From: a virus
Direction: 5' to 3' (one strand)
DNA: 64,000 nt
Virus record (IMG/VR): IMGVR_UViG_3300045988_075126
Location: 64,001 to 128,000 of that record
The translations under genes were made by a program, and so were the position numbers. Positions 7,701 through 17,580 of the stretch are shown one piece after another. A model generated the notes under the pieces. It was not told where the DNA came from, did not search any database, and was given only the letters and a program-made list of their open reading frames with translations. Within the stretch, counting starts at the first letter, position 1; every line of letters begins with the position of its first letter.

Positions 7701-10700
7701 ATGGCAGAACTAGAATTTAACCTCCGAGCGAATTTCTCCCAAATCAAGGAAGCCAAGGAAGAGCTTGAAAGATTGCGTGGTGAATTGTTGAAGACTTCGA
7801 GAGCGACAGATAAATCTGTGGTTCAAGACCTCACGGATAAATATGCTGAACAAAAGCGTAAAGTAACCGAATTAAGCGAAGCAATGGGTCGTTATGCTAT
7901 GGTAACGAGCAGCGATTATGCAAAGAAAATGCAATCTTTGACACGGGAAGTATATGCTTTTGAATTGCAAGCCGACTCGTCCAGGCGAAAGATAGAGAAG
8001 CTTTCCAATGAGATAGCGAAGATGGAAAGCAAAATGCGCAGAGGTGGTCTTGATGTAGGAACAAGCGCAATTCTTTCTGATAACATATCATCCGGCTATG
8101 CCTCGTTGAAAGACGAAAAGGCTAGACTGGAGAATCTTACTGGATTAGGCAAGCAAGCGAGACAAGAGTTACAGAATATGCAAACGGAATATGCTAAGTA
8201 TTCGGGTTCTGTGTCTCCTGCTAAGGATATGACCAATCAAATGACAAATGCATTTGCCCAAATGATTGCTGAAATGAAGCAAGCTCCTACAGTCGGTGAA
8301 GGTATTTCCTCATTGTTTGGTCGTTTGAATGGTGACGCAAGACAACTAGCTATGAGTTTAGTTGGTGGTCTGGGCTTTGAACAATTGGCTGAGCACATCT
8401 TTAACGTTCGCTCTCAATTCCAACAATTGGAGATTTCTTTTACAACAATGTTGGGTAGTGAGCAAAAGGCTGGTGCGCTTATGGATGAACTTATCCAAAC
8501 TGCTGCTCGCACACCTTTCAACATGACAGACGTTACTGAAGGCGCAAAACAACTCTTAGCATATGGAATACAAGCCAATGAAGTAAATGACACCTTGGTA
8601 CATTTGGGTGATATAGCTTCTGGCCTTAATATTCCTTTGTCGCAGCTTGTTTATTTGTACGGCACGACCATTTCGCAAGGAAGAATGTTTACAATTGATT
8701 TGCGTCAATTCATGGGTCGAGGCATTCCGATGGCCGAGACCTTGGGGCAAATTATGGGTAAGACCGTATCCCAAGTGCAAGAGGCTGTAACGAAAGGTGA
8801 AGTCGGTGCAGATCTTGTGAAAGAAGCGATTGTGAAGATGTCAAGCGAGGGCAGCAAATTCGGAGGCTTGATGAACAAGCAAGCCGAAACCCTTCAAGGT
8901 CGTTGGTCGAACATAGAAGATACGATAGACCAAGCAATCAACTCTATAGGACAAAAGACACAAGGAATCTTTGGAACAGGTCTTGACTTAATATCTTCTC
9001 TGATAGAGAATTGGGAAACTTTGGTTAAAGTTATTGGTTCAGCGGCTGTTATGGTCGGAACTTACAAAGCTGGCTTGATGGCAGCGGCAAGCATTCAGAA
9101 GGTTCAGAATGCTATGACAATGGCATCAATCACAGAGGAACTTGATTCTAAGTTAGGAGAGGCAAGAGACCAAGAAAACAACTTCCGTTCCTTAAATGGT
9201 AAAGACACCAAGCAGTATCGGGCAAATAGATACAAGGCTTTAGGTGATGCTATTGCCGATACGTCAAACATTGGTGATGATAAGACAGAGGAAATCGTTT
9301 CAAAGCAAATTGAGATGGCGAGGAACGAGGGTCTTATCACCGAGCAGATGGCTCAACAACTCCAAACAAAGCGAGATTTATTGGTTGCCCAGCAAAAGGC
9401 TGCTGATAATGAGCGCATGGAGTATGAGAACGCAAAGCGGACAAAAGAAATAGAAGAGGAAGCCGCACGACAAAAGAGAGCCGATGCGGAAATGGCTGCT
9501 GAAATTAACGCAAAGGCTGCAAAGAAAGCCACTATAGACGAGGCTAATAATACTCCTTTGGGTAAGGCTATTCTTAACACAAATGCTATAGAGGAAAAGA
9601 AAAAACTGGCAGAAGCAAGCATCGAATTTGCCAAAGAAGAGGCAAGGGAACAACATGGAATTGTAGAGGAAATCGGTGCTCAAATCAAGAAGCAAGAAGA
9701 ACTTGTAGCCGCAAAAAAGGAGCAGGTAAAGTCTTCATACCAAGATGTGATTGATTTGGGCGGTTATGATGATGGCTTTGGTGATGATTTGAAATTACGA
9801 GACCAAGCAGTAAATCAATATGTGGCTGAGCAGCAAAAGTTGAACGACCTCAAACAGAAGAGTTACGAGGCTTCTCAAAAGGCATATCTCGCAGACCAAA
9901 AAGTATTGGGTATGCAAGAAGACCTTAAAGGTGTAACCCAAGAGCTTAATCAAGCTATAGAGGAGGAAAACCGAATCTATGGAGAAACTGGCTCTAATGC
10001 GGACGAGATAAACAAGCTGGTGAATGAGGGGGTTGCGGCAAAAGAGGGCGATACGGCTGCGGTTAATGCAAATACTACTGCCAAACAAGGGAATACGACA
10101 TCTGAGAATGCGAACTCTGCGGCACGAAACGCTAATGCCGGAGCTACTACAAGACAAACTGCATCAAATGCAGCAAACACAACCACAGAGAATGTTAATT
10201 CAGCGGCTACCGGAGCGAATACGACTTCTCAAAACGTGAATACAAGTGCGAAGCAACGCAATTCCTTTGTTACAAGCATGATGTCAGTTGGTACAAAGGC
10301 TGCGACCTTGGCTCAATCGGCTTTTTCGTGGGCAACCAATGCGTTGACAACGAGCTTGCGTAGTCTTTGGGCTACTATGGTTTCTAATCCATTGACTTCT
10401 GTCATTACTTTAGTGAGCACAGCTATTTCTGTATTCTCTTTGTTTGGTGACGAAACGGAAGATGTTGCGACCAAGACTGCAAACATGGGGAATAAAGCAT
10501 CTGAGGCAAGTGCTAAGGTTCGTTCCTTGTTTGCTATCTTGGGGGCCGGCAAGGATGCGGAAAACCACAAAGAGACAATAGATGCATTGAAAAGCGCATA
10601 CGAAGAGTATGGCGTAAAGCTCGATGAAACAATTATGAAGTCCGAAAACGAAGCTTCAAAGGTACAAGAGCTGATGAAGCATAAGGAAGATTTGATAGGC

Positions 10701-13700
10701 GTTATCGAAGAGCAAACTATTGCCATGGAACATCAAAATGCCGTACAGCAAGCGTATGACGATTATAATACCAGTAAGAATTCCGCAAAGATGGATTTTC
10801 AGGAGGCAACTAAAGGCGTGCTTACAAGTGATCAAGCTGCGTTTGCCACCATTGCGGTAAAGGATGAAGATTTAGATAAACTTATCGAATTAAGCAAGAA
10901 ATATAAGGAAGTTAGAGACAATTCGGAAGAAATGTACAAACTCAACCAGCAGTATGCTTCTGTCATGGATAAGGTTTCCGAAGGTGTAATGAGATATTAT
11001 AAAAACCTTCATCTTTCTGATGAACAAATAAGAAGTATAACGGGAGCAACAAATGAATACATTTCTACTATTACCCATTCAAAGGAAGCGTTAAATGAGA
11101 GGGTTAAATCTGAGAACAAAGCTAAAGTTGCAGCGGAGAATGCTAGTAAAGAGGTAAGAAAGCTTTCAGATAGTACAAAGGAGAATGCCGAACGTAACAG
11201 GTTGGCGAAAAAGTCATTTAAGGAAATGGCTGTTGAAATGGATGAAATCCGAAAGATTTGTGAAAGAACTTATCATATGAAAATCAAGGTGGACTATGAC
11301 GATAAGTCATTGCCCGCTTGGATTAAGAATATGTCTCAGAGCCAAAGGGCAGGAAGTGCAAGAGCAAGATTGGCATGGTTGAAAACCCATAAGCCGGGAG
11401 ATACAACAAAGAAGTTTGGTGGAACTAATAAGAATTATTGGACTATTTATAATGAAAGCCGAGGGCTTCAATACAAGGGGGAAAAGGTAGAGAGTACACC
11501 AACCGAGACTGAGGCTCAGAGAAAGAAACGTCTCGCTGCTGAAGCTAAGAAAAAACGTGAAGCGGAACGTGCGGCAACTAAGGCAGAGCGTGAAGCAAAT
11601 CAAAAGGAAACGATGGCTGGTAATAAGCGCAAGGCAGAGGAGGACTATGCTAAGTCTATTTCTTCCTATTCGGAGAAAGCCAGTGATGAGTTGTCAAAGC
11701 GAAGAACGGAATTGATTAAGAATGAGACCGAAAAGGAGATTGCTCAAATTAATATGTCTTCAGACAAGGAGAAAAAGGCTATAGAGGATTCGATTGACAA
11801 ACTCGTTGAGGCTAAGAAGAAGAAAGACCAGATTGTTTGGGTAAATTCGGGAAAAGGTCGTAAAGCCAGCATGTGGAAACAGGGTAAGTCCGATGCGGAA
11901 TACCGCAAAGAGGTATTGGGCACACAAATGGTTGACGACAAGGGTAATCATCTTGGGAAGACCATTGGACAGAACTCTGAAGACCAAATTGCCTTGATTG
12001 AGAAACAGAGGCAATTAAAGCTGAAGGAAATCCAGCAAGCGGAGATAAAGGACATGTTGGATTTCATGAAGCAATACGGCAGCTTAGAACAACAACGTTA
12101 TGCTATTGTAAAAGAATACACGGACAAGATAGACCTTGCAAGAGAAAAGGGAGATACTTTTGGTGCAGCGAACGCTGAAATGGAGATGAACGACCAGTTG
12201 AAGAAGTTGAATTTTTCGGATTTCAAGGATTCTATCAATTGGGATGTTGTCTTTCAGGATATGAACCGATTGAGTATTCCTTATCTTGAAGACCTTCGCA
12301 AGAAGATGAAGGAGTTGCTTGGTTCGGGTACGTTGGAAATTGATGACATGAAAACCGTATCTGACCAAATCTACAAGATTGATGATGCGATTTCCGAGCA
12401 GAAGGATAGATGGGGATTGGTTAATGATGCAGTCCGTGAACACCGTAGGCTTATTGATGAGGCGAAGGATGCGCAAGACCGATTGGCACAAGCTAGAAAG
12501 GTGGAGTTTGATGCCAAGGCTGACAACATGAGCCAAAGGAGAAAAATCCAAGGTGTGTTTGCGGAAAGTGGGATTAATATAGATACCAGTAATATTACTT
12601 CTGCCAATAAGGACAGACTAATGGGTTCTACCAAAAATCTCAGTGTAAGCCAAACGGAGAAGTTACGTAAGCTTTTTGATGATTTGGCGGTTTCAGAGGT
12701 TAAGGTTGGAAAGGCAACAAAGGAAGTCGGAAAGGCGCAGGAAGAAGCCAAGGTAAAGCAGGATGCCGCAAAGAAGAGCTTGCACGATACTATCGAGGAA
12801 TGGGCTGAGGGTTTGAGTAAAATCCAAGAGAAACTAAAAGACCTTCCTGGGTTAGTCGATGCTTTGGGTCTCGGAAACACAGGCTTTGGTAAAGCTGTGA
12901 ATAACGGAATGGATGCATTGAACAGTGGAACACAAGCCTTTTCTGATTTTGCAAGCGGAAACTACATAGGCGCAGCTATGAATGGAATAAAAACCATTGG
13001 TTCGTTGGGCAAGATGTTCGGTATTGGTGGAGGTAATGGTGCAGAAGTTGCGAAGAAAACTGAAGAGCTGACCGAGAGCAATGACAGATTGATGTATTCC
13101 ATTGATAAGTTAAAAGAGTCTATTGACAAATCTTCCGGTTATACAGCCGTCAGCAACTATAATGCTGCTTACGATGCTCAAAAGCAGGTTAACACCCAAA
13201 CGATGGATATTCTCAAAACACAAATGGGGTATCATGGTGCACACCATTCAAATGCTTATTATTGGAATCTTTCTGCACAAGATTATGCGGCAATCAATAA
13301 GACTTTGGCACAGCAATCGGCAGTCAGAGGCGGTTATACCAATTCTTCGATAAACAAGGTTAATTCCTTGGAGGATATATACAAGCTCACTCCAGAGCAG
13401 ATGGCTGACATTCGTACACATAATGCGGATGTATGGAAGAACATGACCGACCAAGGCAAGTATGATAAGACGGAATATTGGGAGCAATATACAGAACTGG
13501 CGGGAAAACTAGAGGAGTTGACGGAGCAAATCAATGAGAATTTGACTCAAACAACCTTTGATTCGATGAAGAGTGACTTCATAAACAATCTTATGGATAT
13601 GAGCAAGTCTGCAAAGGATTTTTCTAATGACTTCACTACAATGCTCAGCCAGTCGATGCTCAACTTCGCTTTGGGAGACCTTATGAATAAAAAGCTTAAG

Positions 13701-14234
13701 CCTCTTTATGAGAGCTGGGCAAACAAGATGAAGGAGAATGGAGGAAGGCAGCTCACGCCAACCGAATTGAATAATCTTAAAGAAGAGTATGATAAGATAG
13801 TTCAAGAGGGTTTGGCTATTCGTGATAATATTGCTGATATTACGGGTTACAAGCAATCTTACGAGCAGTCCGCTTCTTCCGGTTCTTTTGAATCAATGAG
13901 CCAAGATACAGGAGAAGAGTTGAATGGTCGTTTCACAGCGGTACAAATTGCTACAGAGGGAACGTATGAGGAAACAAAGCTCATAAATACCAAGTTGGAT
14001 GCTATTGCGGCTCGTGATGGTGGCACAGAGGGTAGCTTATTAACGGCTAGCGTGAATACCATTATGGGTAATGTAGGTAATATATGGGTTGCCGTTGATG
14101 AGGGAAGAACCATTCTTGCACAAAGCTTGATGTACTTGCAGTCGATAGATGAGCGACAAGAAAGCTGGAATAAGCATATTTTACTGATGAGCCGTAATCT
14201 TGACACTATCAAAAACAAGGTGGATAGGTTGTAA
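7701..14234 (+). CDS. tail tape measure protein (2177 aa)
   Basis: Size, coiled-coil composition, TMP core-like FNMTDVTEGAKQLLAYGI..LGDIASGLNIPL..LVYLYGT. Confidence 0.85.
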   Translation: MAELEFNLRANFSQIKEAKEELERLRGELLKTSRATDKSVVQDLTDKYAEQKRKVTELSEAMGRYAMVTSSDYAKKMQSLTREVYAFELQADSSRRKIEKLSNEIAKMESKMRRGGLDVGTSAILSDNISSGYASLKDEKARLENLTGLGKQARQELQNMQTEYAKYSGSVSPAKDMTNQMTNAFAQMIAEMKQAPTVGEGISSLFGRLNGDARQLAMSLVGGLGFEQLAEHIFNVRSQFQQLEISFTTMLGSEQKAGALMDELIQTAARTPFNMTDVTEGAKQLLAYGIQANEVNDTLVHLGDIASGLNIPLSQLVYLYGTTISQGRMFTIDLRQFMGRGIPMAETLGQIMGKTVSQVQEAVTKGEVGADLVKEAIVKMSSEGSKFGGLMNKQAETLQGRWSNIEDTIDQAINSIGQKTQGIFGTGLDLISSLIENWETLVKVIGSAAVMVGTYKAGLMAAASIQKVQNAMTMASITEELDSKLGEARDQENNFRSLNGKDTKQYRANRYKALGDAIADTSNIGDDKTEEIVSKQIEMARNEGLITEQMAQQLQTKRDLLVAQQKAADNERMEYENAKRTKEIEEEAARQKRADAEMAAEINAKAAKKATIDEANNTPLGKAILNTNAIEEKKKLAEASIEFAKEEAREQHGIVEEIGAQIKKQEELVAAKKEQVKSSYQDVIDLGGYDDGFGDDLKLRDQAVNQYVAEQQKLNDLKQKSYEASQKAYLADQKVLGMQEDLKGVTQELNQAIEEENRIYGETGSNADEINKLVNEGVAAKEGDTAAVNANTTAKQGNTTSENANSAARNANAGATTRQTASNAANTTTENVNSAATGANTTSQNVNTSAKQRNSFVTSMMSVGTKAATLAQSAFSWATNALTTSLRSLWATMVSNPLTSVITLVSTAISVFSLFGDETEDVATKTANMGNKASEASAKVRSLFAILGAGKDAENHKETIDALKSAYEEYGVKLDETIMKSENEASKVQELMKHKEDLIGVIEEQTIAMEHQNAVQQAYDDYNTSKNSAKMDFQEATKGVLTSDQAAFATIAVKDEDLDKLIELSKKYKEVRDNSEEMYKLNQQYASVMDKVSEGVMRYYKNLHLSDEQIRSITGATNEYISTITHSKEALNERVKSENKAKVAAENASKEVRKLSDSTKENAERNRLAKKSFKEMAVEMDEIRKICERTYHMKIKVDYDDKSLPAWIKNMSQSQRAGSARARLAWLKTHKPGDTTKKFGGTNKNYWTIYNESRGLQYKGEKVESTPTETEAQRKKRLAAEAKKKREAERAATKAEREANQKETMAGNKRKAEEDYAKSISSYSEKASDELSKRRTELIKNETEKEIAQINMSSDKEKKAIEDSIDKLVEAKKKKDQIVWVNSGKGRKASMWKQGKSDAEYRKEVLGTQMVDDKGNHLGKTIGQNSEDQIALIEKQRQLKLKEIQQAEIKDMLDFMKQYGSLEQQRYAIVKEYTDKIDLAREKGDTFGAANAEMEMNDQLKKLNFSDFKDSINWDVVFQDMNRLSIPYLEDLRKKMKELLGSGTLEIDDMKTVSDQIYKIDDAISEQKDRWGLVNDAVREHRRLIDEAKDAQDRLAQARKVEFDAKADNMSQRRKIQGVFAESGINIDTSNITSANKDRLMGSTKNLSVSQTEKLRKLFDDLAVSEVKVGKATKEVGKAQEEAKVKQDAAKKSLHDTIEEWAEGLSKIQEKLKDLPGLVDALGLGNTGFGKAVNNGMDALNSGTQAFSDFASGNYIGAAMNGIKTIGSLGKMFGIGGGNGAEVAKKTEELTESNDRLMYSIDKLKESIDKSSGYTAVSNYNAAYDAQKQVNTQTMDILKTQMGYHGAHHSNAYYWNLSAQDYAAINKTLAQQSAVRGGYTNSSINKVNSLEDIYKLTPEQMADIRTHNADVWKNMTDQGKYDKTEYWEQYTELAGKLEELTEQINENLTQTTFDSMKSDFINNLMDMSKSAKDFSNDFTTMLSQSMLNFALGDLMNKKLKPLYESWANKMKENGGRQLTPTELNNLKEEYDKIVQEGLAIRDNIADITGYKQSYEQSASSGSFESMSQDTGEELNGRFTAVQIATEGTYEETKLINTKLDAIAARDGGTEGSLLTASVNTIMGNVGNIWVAVDEGRTILAQSLMYLQSIDERQESWNKHILLMSRNLDTIKNKVDRL

Positions 14235-14239
14235 TACAA

Positions 14240-14299
14240 AAGGTGTGGAGAAATGCAACTAAGCGCAGGTATGCGTCCAGATGCAAGTCTTCACACCTT
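14240..14299. other. long hairpin AAGGTGTG..CACACCTT
   Basis: 8-bp outer stem with inner CGCA/TGCG helix; T-run only on minus-strand side. Confidence 0.5.
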
Positions 14300-14536
14300 G
14301 AAAGTAGCCGAGGGAAAAATTTCCCCGAGGGTTCATTTCCTAAATTTGTGAAATGAAGAAGTAAGAAGATGCTCGCTTGATAAAATTATCAAATGAGGGG
14401 TTAAGCATCATTTACCCCCATTGAAAGCAAATGGTAAGGTTTTTCACAAAGTTGTGAAAAATGGATGCAGGGCAAATCTCTATAAAATGTATTCATAGTA
14501 AGGGTATCAAATTTACCAAAAAGTGGTAAAAATAGG
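14240..14536 (-). ncRNA. candidate ~290-nt structured non-coding transcript
   Basis: -7-like box at 14537-14544(-), no credible ORF, multiple perfect hairpins, hairpin+TTTG at 3' end. Confidence 0.3.
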
Positions 14537-14867
14537 CAAAGATACAAAAATCCTATTAGTCTATATTATTTATCAGTAAGTATGGGTGTCGCAAATCACG
14601 ACACCTCATTTGGCTATATGAATGTAGGTTTTAGACAAAATTGGCAAAAACCTAAGAGTCCAGTAAAAACAGGAGTGACCTAATAGGAACTTTTCCCCCA
14701 TTTGGGTGAAAACCATCGGGCTTGTTTTCTAGCTTGTTGAATGATTGGTGTTGTCTTCAAAGGTTCAATAGGACAGAATATCCGTCCTATTTATCCTTTG
14801 AAATGCAACCACAAATCACATTTGGATTGTGGAACGAACGCAAATCTGCTTTGGTTGCATCCTACAT

Positions 14868-15449
14868 TTATGGATTCTCTATTAAACTTTTTCTATCTAT
14901 TGGTGGAACAAAAACTTTCTTTTCTTCCTTTTCTTCACCAATTGCAAGAATATAATGCTTAGGATATGTTAGGCAATGAAACGTTACACGTTTTCTTCCA
15001 TAATCCCATTCTGCCTTAACCACAAACTTATCATTCCTAAAGAAAAAGCTATTATTCTGGGTGAGTATGAAATCCTCCTTTAACTTCTTCTTAATAACAT
15101 TGGTATTGATTTCTGTCAGCTCATATTTACTAGGTGATATAGGAACATAAAGCATCTTCTTGGAATCTACATTCTTGTCATCTTCATATATAGCATCCTG
15201 CATCATTAAAAAGAAACTTCTATCAATACGCCCTACATACCTATCCATCACGGCATAACCTATAGTTCCATAGACATTTGCCAACGTTACGGTATCACCA
15301 TCCATTTCAGATACATCATGTGTCTCTATATACTGCCCAAATGTCTGAAATCCTTTCTTGGGAACTACAGGCATCGCCTTGATATATTCTTGTGCCTTAG
15401 ATGGCAATGCAAGCATTATTATTACGGCAACTAACAAATCTTTCTTCAT
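14868..15449 (-). CDS. secreted protein, function unknown
   Basis: Signal peptide MKKDLLVAVIIMLALPSKAQE. Confidence 0.6.
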   Translation of the reverse strand: MKKDLLVAVIIMLALPSKAQEYIKAMPVVPKKGFQTFGQYIETHDVSEMDGDTVTLANVYGTIGYAVMDRYVGRIDRSFFLMMQDAIYEDDKNVDSKKMLYVPISPSKYELTEINTNVIKKKLKEDFILTQNNSFFFRNDKFVVKAEWDYGRKRVTFHCLTYPKHYILAIGEEKEEKKVFVPPIDRKSLIENP

Positions 15450-15492
15450 AATCTAATTGTTTTAATTATCAATACTTGAGAGGAACGCTCAC

Positions 15493-16059
15493 CTAATTAC
15501 TTTCCAGCTTGTCAAGCAAAGCCCTAGCCTCAGCGATGGACGATGCGGAATACAACTCACCACCTTGTTTTATTAGGGCGATGAAATTATTGGCATGCCT
15601 ATCCTCTACAAAACGAACAGTTCTGTTTTCCTCTAACAAAGAAGACAAACTGACTCCTAACTTCTCGCTTGCAGCTTTTAGCTCATTGTACTTTAATTTT
15701 TTGTCACTAACATAATCCGTATTAAGAGGTGGTCGCAAGATTCTTATAAAGTCATCTTCATAAGCAGCATCGTTGCTCTCATTTAATGCGTATATACCAA
15801 ACGAATTATATTTGTTAAATGCCTTTTGAACAAGAGGCAAACAATGATATTTACCTTTCATTCCCCAATAATGTTGTTGTACACGTTTTCTTAGATTAGA
15901 TGACACACCAACATAAAAGGAATACCCAGAACCAAAAACTATTAAATATACACCATAATGCTTTGTACGATTTGGCTCATAAGGCATTAGTAACGTAAAT
16001 TTACCATTTTGGTAATCAGCTAACTTACGGAAGCCCGATAACATTATATTTATTTCCAT
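15493..16059 (-). CDS. GIY-YIG nuclease (homing-endonuclease-like)
   Basis: GVYLIVF..YVGVSSNLRKRVQQH motif; first ATG 16059 in track ORF. Confidence 0.7.
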   Translation of the reverse strand: MEINIMLSGFRKLADYQNGKFTLLMPYEPNRTKHYGVYLIVFGSGYSFYVGVSSNLRKRVQQHYWGMKGKYHCLPLVQKAFNKYNSFGIYALNESNDAAYEDDFIRILRPPLNTDYVSDKKLKYNELKAASEKLGVSLSSLLEENRTVRFVEDRHANNFIALIKQGGELYSASSIAEARALLDKLESN

Positions 16060-16064
16060 AAGAG

Positions 16065-16337
16065 TCAATGCACTTTTAAATTGATTTCTACATTCATAGG
16101 CTTACCACAATGAGGGCAGACTAAAGAAGTGCCCTGCTGGTCGTTTTCGAAGAACGAACAAATACTTATCTGCATAGCATCTGCAAGCCTTTGAAGTGTT
16201 TCAACTGTAGGGTTGGCACTATTCACTATTCGAGACATAGAAGACTGTTTTACCTCACGCCCCTCTATCTCCTGCATTTTGGCTCTTAATGATTCCAGAG
16301 TCCATCCATTATCTTTTATCGTTTTCTTTATATTCAT
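16065..16337 (-). CDS. XRE-type HTH regulator with C-terminal Zn-ribbon
   Basis: HTH region + CPHCGKP; start moved to ATG 16337 because -7 box lies at 16372-16379. Confidence 0.7.
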   Translation of the reverse strand: MNIKKTIKDNGWTLESLRAKMQEIEGREVKQSSMSRIVNSANPTVETLQRLADAMQISICSFFENDQQGTSLVCPHCGKPMNVEINLKVH

Positions 16338-16371
16338 ATATACATTACTTATATGTGTTATTAATTTGGTG

Positions 16372-16402
16372 CAAAGATACAAAAAGTTATTGAAACAACA
16401 AA
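16372..16402 (-). promoter_or_regulatory. Bacteroidetes-type promoter (TTTG-19-TAtcTTTG) minus strand
   Basis: caaagata 16372-16379, caaa 16399-16402. Confidence 0.55.
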
Positions 16403-16486
16403 GAAAATAAGCAAAAATATGATTTTAAAGTGTTTTTTTTGTGAATATATATGAATTTCAAGCGTTATTTGTTAAGAAACATCAAA

Positions 16487-16533
16487 ATATCGCATAAAAG
16501 TGATATTTTATTTTGTTATATCACATAAAAGCG
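16487..16533. promoter_or_regulatory. two 16-nt direct repeats ATATC(G/A)CATAAAAG(T/C)G, candidate operators
   Basis: 16487-16502 and 16518-16533, 31 nt phase, overlapping promoter 16512-16542. Confidence 0.4.
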
Positions 16534-16542
16534 TTATCTTTG
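16512..16542 (+). promoter_or_regulatory. Bacteroidetes-type promoter (TTTG-19-TAtcTTTG)
   Basis: Upstream of early cassette B. Confidence 0.6.
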
Positions 16543-16602
16543 CATCGTGATTAAGAAACAAAGGTCACAATAACATTATTAATTTAGTTGAGGTTGCACC
16601 TC

Positions 16603-16625
16603 CGAGTCGGCACTCGTAAAACGGT
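16603..16625 (+). promoter_or_regulatory. leader element L2 (CGAGT-cggc-ACTCG + TAAAACGGT)
   Basis: Identical to 2534-2556; 18 nt before ATG 16634. Confidence 0.5.
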
Positions 16626-16633
16626 ATAGCAAT

Positions 16634-16816
16634 ATGACTACTTCAATGATAAGAAGAAACTTGATTCAGAAGTTCGTTATGATAGAGTTCGTAAGCAACA
16701 GGATAAACACCCAAAAGGACGTTGATAGAATGTTGAATATGATAACAATAAAGCTCAATATGAACAACGATGAGGCTAAGAGCTTCTTGCGTGAGAGCAT
16801 CGGACTTGCAAAGTAA
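16634..16816 (+). CDS. hypothetical protein (60 aa)
   Basis: First 14 nt ATGACTACTTCAAT identical to start of 2565..2903 but rest unrelated. Confidence 0.45.
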   Translation: MTTSMIRRNLIQKFVMIEFVSNRINTQKDVDRMLNMITIKLNMNNDEAKSFLRESIGLAK

Positions 16817-16850
16817 GTAATTTAAGTTTAACGTTTAAAATTGAAAGATT

Positions 16851-17186
16851 ATGGCTACTACATTTAAGAATATGATGAGAGAAGTGATGAATATGGCACA
16901 CAGAGCCTTTCAGCTTAAAGGTGCTTATATGAGTTGGGCAGAATGCTTGAAGCAAGCTTGGCAGGTTATCAAGCTGAAGGCTCGCATGAAGAAGCAGGTC
17001 GTTGAGTTCTATTTTCAGAAAATGAATGGTGAGATTCGTCAGGCTTTCGGCACTTTGATGGAGAGTCATATTGACTACACTCCAAACGGCAAGGGTTACG
17101 CTTGCAAGGACTGCACAAAGTATTGGGATGAAGTTAAGGGCGAGTGGAGACAATTCAAGAACTACAACTTGATTAGAGTTGCTTAA
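16851..17186 (+). CDS. conserved phage protein, paralog of 2565..2903
   Basis: Full-length aa similarity. Confidence 0.7.
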   Translation: MATTFKNMMREVMNMAHRAFQLKGAYMSWAECLKQAWQVIKLKARMKKQVVEFYFQKMNGEIRQAFGTLMESHIDYTPNGKGYACKDCTKYWDEVKGEWRQFKNYNLIRVA

Positions 17187-17219
17187 CAAGGTTATTAAGG
17201 ATTTAAAAAGAAACTAGAT

Positions 17220-17519
17220 ATGAGTGCAAAGATTATCGTGATGCAAGGCAACATGGTTGCAACCATCGAAGAGACGAACAAGGACGCATTTATCAAGCGT
17301 GGAGAGTATAAAGAGACCGAGCTGGACAAACGCAAGCGTGAGGTCGATTTCCTGATTACAAGCATCGCAAACCGCTACGAAGTGACATTCAATCACAAGG
17401 TAGAGCTGAAGGAAAGCCGAAGCATCAAGAAAAGCGAGTATTTCGATAACATCTACTACGTTACCGAGAATGCATTGAATAAGCTGAAAAAGCAATACTC
17501 ATACGAGTGTGATTTGTAA
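17220..17519 (+). CDS. hypothetical protein
   Basis: ORF track. Confidence 0.55.
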   Translation: MSAKIIVMQGNMVATIEETNKDAFIKRGEYKETELDKRKREVDFLITSIANRYEVTFNHKVELKESRSIKKSEYFDNIYYVTENALNKLKKQYSYECDL

Positions 17520-17526
17520 TAGATTT

Positions 17527-17550
17527 CGTGAGGCACACGCTAAACTGCAC
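17527..17550 (+). promoter_or_regulatory. leader element L3 (CGTG-aggca-CACG + CTAAACTGCAC)
   Basis: Intergenic, 42 nt before ATG 17581; closing pair C-G instead of G-C. Confidence 0.45.
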
Positions 17551-17580
17551 CGGACTTTGAACATTAAATATTTAAGAGAT

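Noticed and set aside
7897-14239. About 25 antisense or alternate-frame ORFs (60-170 aa) inside the tape-measure gene
   Set aside because: They lie entirely inside a 6.5-kb ORF with clear TMP motifs. Their S/L/C-rich junk composition is typical of the reverse frame of K/E/A-rich coiled-coil coding sequence.
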